Positions 58,432 to 64,000 of a stretch of 64,000 nucleotides of DNA are shown here, in pieces. The notes under the pieces were generated by a model. It worked only from the letters and a program-made list of their open reading frames with translations. It had not been told where the DNA came from and searched no databases. The DNA comes from Pelomyxa schiedti (taxonomy: Eukaryota; Protista; Evosea): contig JAHLWZ010000796.1 of assembly GCA_020536535.1 (NCBI GenBank), positions 91,120 through 155,119 on the forward strand, written 5' to 3'. Positions within the stretch are counted from its first letter, which is position 1. The number at the start of each line of letters is the position of its first letter. The position numbers were made by a program, and so were the translations under genes.

Positions 58432-61400
58432 ATGAACACCAACGTAACCCCGACGACGCCCACAGGGAGTGTGCCCTCTCATTCCCACTCGGGCAACTCG
58501 CCACGCGACAGGCCCGACGGCGGCGCAGAGCCCCTGCGGCAAAAGATGGAAGGCAGCGCGTTCTCAGTTATGGGTGGGGTGAGTGCCGACGCGGCCGTCG
58601 TGGTGGAGTGCCTCACGGGCGGCGGCTGTGGCGAATTGGACCTGCCAATTGGTGGAATTCGCGATTTGGCAGCAGCGGCGGATAGCAACCTCGACGCTGG
58701 TTCTAATCCAAGTCCCGGCAGCGCCAATCCCAGTACGAACGCAAAACCGAACGTTAAAGCGAACCCAAATGCAACTGCTGCAAATGGGAGTATGGAAATG
58801 GAGCCACCAATTGGTAGAATAGGCAGCACACCAATTCCCATAAGCCCCCATGGATCCGGACACGTTGATAGGCGTGTAGGACCAGGGGGTACTTCGAGTG
58901 GAAGGCGTCATGCTCATGCACACCACCAGGCCCACGGCGAGGGCGCGAGTAGAAGCAAAACTAGGCATCGGAAGAAACTTCACACTCCTCCATCGAGCCC
59001 CCCTACGCCAACAAGCATAAGCAGCCTCACGAAGATACTGCTTGAGGCAGTGTTTGATAGTGACAGTGACTCGCCAACGGTAGCGTCTTCTGAGAAAAGA
59101 GGCCCTGCAAGGATTGTTAAGGAGAGAAGTAGCTGGAGTTTTGGGAGCACTGGGTACAACCACAAGAGTGCACTTGCCACTCCCATGAAATATCCCAAAC
59201 AAATGCACCCTGCACCACAGTCAAATTCAAGGGCATCAGGTGGCATGGCTGGCATGGATAGCAGCAGCAGCAGCGACGATGGCAGCAGCTACGATAGCTC
59301 TGATAGCAGTTTAGACAGTAATGGTGCGTTTAAATACGCTAGCAGCAGCAGTAGCAGCAAGAAGCGAAGACTGGTCAATCGGCGAAGACAAGGACACTCT
59401 GTTCCCGTAACACCCACAAAACCAACTTCTCGAAGAGACATGGGAAGTTTGCACTCACCTACTAAACTGCCTAGTGCTAGCTCCCAAACCCCCATCAAAA
59501 ATACACAAAACCCAGTGCTATTCCCACCTCCACCCCAGCATTCCCCACCTCGACCTACGTTGGATCAGTCTCTAAAAGTCAGCTCGACTGTAGTACAACC
59601 AGTAAAAGCTCCAAATCAAGCAGCTAATTCCACTGCACATTCAACAAATTCTACCACAAGCACTACCGAACATTCTTCGCACTCATCGGAAACTGGTACA
59701 AATTCAAGTCATAGACTTGGCACTGCTTCCAGTACAAGCAACTCTTTTCCCGCTTCTACCAACACGTCGGCGTCAAACACTTCAGGCAACACTGAGGGCA
59801 CCAAACCCAACTCTGACACTTCAAGGCCAGAAACAGCAGCCGTAACTTCTAGTGACAAAGTGCCTTCAACACCATCGAATTCCCAAAAGGCCAGATATTA
59901 CCGGCGAAAATGTCTACTAGATGGTGTGCATGATAACCTTGGGGTAAAATCCAACAATTTACAAAGATTGGGAGTTAAAGTCCAATGTTGTGCTCAATGC
60001 TTTTATCTACAACATCGAAGGACTTCCTTCAGAAGTAATTTGCACGTTCCATTCTGGTTACATAAGGAATGACAAATTTATATGCCGTCAAACATACGAG
60101 AAAGTTTGTGTGCTTGCAAATGATCTTGGTTCGAAAATTTCTTTCGAAATAAACAAAACAAGTAACAGAAGAAACAGGTCTCATAATCAAGAAAAAGGGT
60201 TTCCTATCCTCTTTTCGAACAACCGTTCCTCTTACGGCTCTTTCTCAAATATCGTATTCTTCTAGTAGATAAGGTAGCTCTTAACATTTTTTAAAAAGAA
60301 GTTCAAGGCGAGGAGATAAAGCAGTGGTTGTTTGCCCAGAGGCGGGAAATGCTTACGTCTTCTCAGACATACAACCCATATCCGTTCTTGCATTTATCAC
60401 CAGCATTCAGTCATCAATAATTCAGCCAGGGACGATAACTGATAAGATTATTGACTCTCTTGAACCGTTGAATGGGATTATTATTGGCGATTCTGACATT
60501 AGACCAATATCATTTGTATTTTTACAAACAGGTAACATGGTTCTAATTCCCCTTGTAGGAAGCAAAGGGGGGATATGGGGAAATATGGAAAGGCGAGTAC
60601 AAAGGAAAGCATGTTGCAATGAAAAAGTCTCAATCCAAAACCTGAACAGGTGCTTAGCTCTAACCTTAAACTTAGGCTAATCGGTGATAAAATCCGCGAC
60701 AAGCTAATTCGTCACGACTTCTTGCGGGAAATTATTCTACTAAGGCAATTAGCTGATGAACCGAACGTCATCACATTCTTTGGTCTTTGTACTATCCATG
60801 AGGCAATTTGTGTGCTTTCAGCTGCCCTCTCAATATTTAACGTGAGTGTTCTTGGGTAGGGATGATAACAGAGTGGTGCCCATTTGGGGCTCTGCATAAA
60901 GTGTTATTCAAAGAAGATTACAGTACATTTCCGTTTTCCTCAAAGATGACTATCATGACGAATGTTGGTTTATTCCCATACTGTGATCACTTTTAGTTCC
61001 CTCCAACTTTGGAGTATAGGTGTGTAAGGGAATGGCTTCTATCCACAGCAAAAATGTTATCCACCGTGATTTGAAGCCTGAAAGTTTGTCATTATCTATT
61101 TTTTTTTTTTTTTCAAAACCCACTCTAGATATACTTGTTGTCAATCAGGAAACTTGGCAACTTAAAATTGCCGACCTTGGCCTATCAAGGATATGCGATA
61201 ACCCCGGCCAAACTGTAACTTCTGGAGTACAAGGAACTGAGGGGTTGAATGCACCTTTCTTGATTTTATTTAATGCTTTTTGTATTGCCTTTGTCTTTTG
61301 TGCAGGAAACTTACTGTCCAGCAGGTACAGCGCACCCGAGCAATGGCAGTCACACCATACAAATAAAGTGGATTGCTTTTCTTGGGGGATAATGGCTTGG

Positions 61401-61656
61401 GAGATCATGACCGGAACCCGCCTCAGTTCCAAACTTAACGCAGAGACAAAAGCACACCCGGCAGTTTGGAAATTGCAGCTCAGGTATGTGCCGACCCTCT
61501 AGCAAGTAACTTATTCTTCACAGAACACTTATACAACTACCACCCAACTGGCCGGCTGCATTTCGCTCTATGCTACTGAGATGCTGGTCTGCATCACCAG
61601 ATGATAGACCCACATTCAATGAGTTCTTGTCAGTCCTGCCTTTTTCTTTAGACTGA
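58432..61656 (+). CDS. Tyrosine-kinase-like (TKL) protein kinase with long low-complexity N-terminus
   Basis: AKGGYGEIWKGEYKGKHVAMKK, FLREIILL, IHRDLKPE, LKIADLGLSR, GTEGYSAPE, KVDCFSWGIMAWEIMTG and LLRCWSASPDDRPTF. Confidence 0.9.
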
Positions 61657-62025
61657 CATAGCAGTGCACTGTTGTTGTATTTTCTACCAGAATCAAATAA
61701 CAAAAAACATTCTGCTTTACATGGACACAAGACTGTGTATGACCACCCATTTCAGAAGTTTGTCAAGGTTCGGTTACAACAGGGAATGAAAGAAAGAAAA
61801 ACTAAAGATTCACTCACCTGCAAAACAACGAGTTTTATACAACAAAACTTGCTGAAGAAGGTGGGAATCAAGAGTAGTAGAAACACAACCCTGTGCTAAC
61901 AATTAGACATTCTCTGTGTCACAATTAGGACTACTTCTCCTGTCATCAGAGCATCAAAAGCGGCGACCAAAATCAAATGAAATGAAAAAACTAACGGGGA
62001 AACACCACACCACCTGCCGGGTGAT

Positions 62026-63632
62026 CATGTCGAACACGGACACGTGCTACATATGTGGTGCCTCGGGCATTACGCACACGTTGACCATGCATGCACATTC
62101 AGATCTAAACAAAACTGCACAGGGGCAACAACAGCAACTACGTTCAACAAGCACAGTGGGGACGTGGCAGATTTTCACCATCCGTTTCGTCATACGGCAC
62201 TAGGGGTGCTGGGATCTACAAAGGTGGTGGCGGTGCGGGATCAATTGGGAGTTTCGGGAGAGGAAGGGCGAAGTGGACAAAATCCACACGCGCAACGACG
62301 GATCAGCCGCACGGTGGGTACGTGGGACAAGGAGGAGGAGGTGTCGGCGATGAGGCCACGCAAAGATTGCTGTTGAAGGTGGCTGAGGAAGACAAGGTGG
62401 ATTTGCTGATGGGGTTTCCGAGAATCACATCCGGTGATGCGAGGATTGGAATAAATGTTGACCGTTCACCAAGTGTGTACAAATGCTGCTCCTTGGTGTT
62501 TTTGTTTTTTTTTGTATCTCGAGTGTGTCAAGAAGAGAGACTTCCTCCGTGTTTTCCAACATGCCTGTCATCATCCCCTCAAATTGATATATCCCGATGC
62601 AGACTCTTTTACGAGATGATGAAGCTTTGAAAGATCGAAAAAAATTCTGGAAATCACTTGTCTGGGCTCAGGAAAAAATGCATGAAACTCAATTTTTTGG
62701 CAGTTCCCACCCTTGGGCGCATAAGAAGTGAACTGGACCAAGCAAACACAAACAGAGGACGGAGATCTTTACTCTCTAAGTCTTATGCAGTGCACCTCCC
62801 ACAAACTTTGAATTTCCTGTGTGTTGGGCAATACCAGTGACAGTCTCAGTGGTGCTGTTGGTAATTTCTTTCTTTGACCTTAGGACTGTCCCTTTCCTAT
62901 TCTCCTGCACTAAAGATGAGGAATCTTGGAAACAGTTTGTGATAAGGGATCTATTGGGAATGTGTGAAGTGACAAGAGGAAAAGACAATAAAGCCGTTAA
63001 CGGCAATTGAACGTATGTTGTTGGTTAGTATCCTAGATTTCTGCATGCCCACTGGTAGTTCCCCCAACTCACATCAAGGCATGTTACACCTTGATGAAAA
63101 TAGTTAGAAAATGCGGTTGTATGTAACTGATATTAATTTTCTCCATGGTCATTGTGTTTTAGACACCAATTAAATTTCTTGCTGCTATGGCCAAATCACT
63201 CGGCCAAAAACCTATCTTGCTATACTCAATATTTACATATTCTATTCTGGAAGCCGTGGGCACGTTTCTACTGGAGCCTGTTGGTCAGGCTTTGCACTTC
63301 AAAAAAACCAACAGGACAGTAGGCTGCTCTTACCACATAAGTGAGTGCAGAGAGCAATGTGGATTGTAAACCAAGAAGTCCTCAACTTTATTGCAGCCTT
63401 TATAGAACTCTGGCAGGATCCACAGGTTCTACCACTCATTTCCTGCTTACATTCAAGCTCGCGTTCTAACTCATTGAATAGGTTTTTGTGTATGTTCAAT
63501 TTAGTGCCCTGCTCCCACACTGATGCACGAGATCCTCAAGTGCTGTGTACCTCATGGTTGTTGTCAGTAGATCCCCTTTTGCCACAACCAGGGTTTCAGA
63601 GCACTTGCGGCCTTCTACTTGTGCCTTCCTGA
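62026..63632 (+). CDS. Possible hypothetical multi-exon protein (model uncertain)
   Basis: Chain of short plus-strand ORFs (Gly-rich segment, then RLLLKVAEEDKVDLLMGFPR and WIVNQEVLNFIAAFIELWQ) with intron-like gaps. No domain recognised. Confidence 0.3.
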
Positions 63633-64000
63633 GTACGTGCGGCATCTGGTGATGCAGCTTACGTTGCATTCGTTTGCCTTGTGGCCTTGTGCCACTCATC
63701 TTTGTGCTTGACCACGCTAAGATAGCGGTTTGTTTCTTTTCTGGTTCGTAACAATATTTTTTTCCACGGACTCCATCCATCTTCCGTCTTCAGCAGTGCT
63801 TTGTTTCCTTTCGTTTTTTTTTTAACCCATAACCGGTGCCGGGACCGAAGCCGGAGGGTATAAAATGAGAGAAAATCCATGTACATTCGATGAGAGGCAT
63901 AGATCCGGCCTGCCCGAAATGGACCACCATATCGGGGAACGTGAGTTGGATCTAGCGTTCTCAGTAAGATTCACGGCAGAAAAATAGAGCACGCGATACC

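Noticed and set aside
58564-59255. Minus-strand ORFs of 214 and 91 aa
   Set aside because: Antisense to the kinase low-complexity exon.
63496-63886. Minus-strand ORFs at the window end
   Set aside because: No motifs, and they conflict with the tentative plus-strand model; cannot be supported without flanking sequence.

Overview
Gene-dense, intron-rich eukaryotic DNA with short GT-AG introns (typically ~30-90 nt) and tiny intergenic spacers, often head-to-head. It carries about 27 protein-coding genes on both strands. I recognised no rRNA, tRNA, CRISPR array or transposon. Anaerobe-type genes (iron-sulfur flavoprotein, flavodoxin) and an expanded intronless 'ALAMA.HPRCG..SPA..L' family suggest an archamoeba such as Pelomyxa; this is inference, not a database result. 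Housekeeping genes: PCF11, TBC1D13-like RabGAP, spermidine synthase, TMEM144, PRA1, Nup58-like, a Qbc SNARE and a TKL kinase. Unusual multidomain genes: (1) a ZNFX1-like helicase with a C-terminal domain bearing polymerase-palm-like acidic motifs; (2) a lectin-like repeat/RING/ADP-ribosyltransferase protein; (3) a Cdc123/R2K ATP-grasp ligase fused through a membrane anchor to a gamma-glutamylamine cyclotransferase; (4) a single-pass FnIII/EGF receptor with a cytoplasmic RasGAP; (5) a single-pass receptor with a cytoplasmic cyclic-nucleotide phosphodiesterase; (6) a truncated, catalytically degenerate P-type ATPase; (7) a signal-peptide flavodoxin ending in QEL. Two sequence-level patterns also recur: GC3-saturated 5' exon islands and long poly-T tracts in 5'-proximal introns. 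Gene models were spliced by eye, so spans include introns and some ends are approximate.
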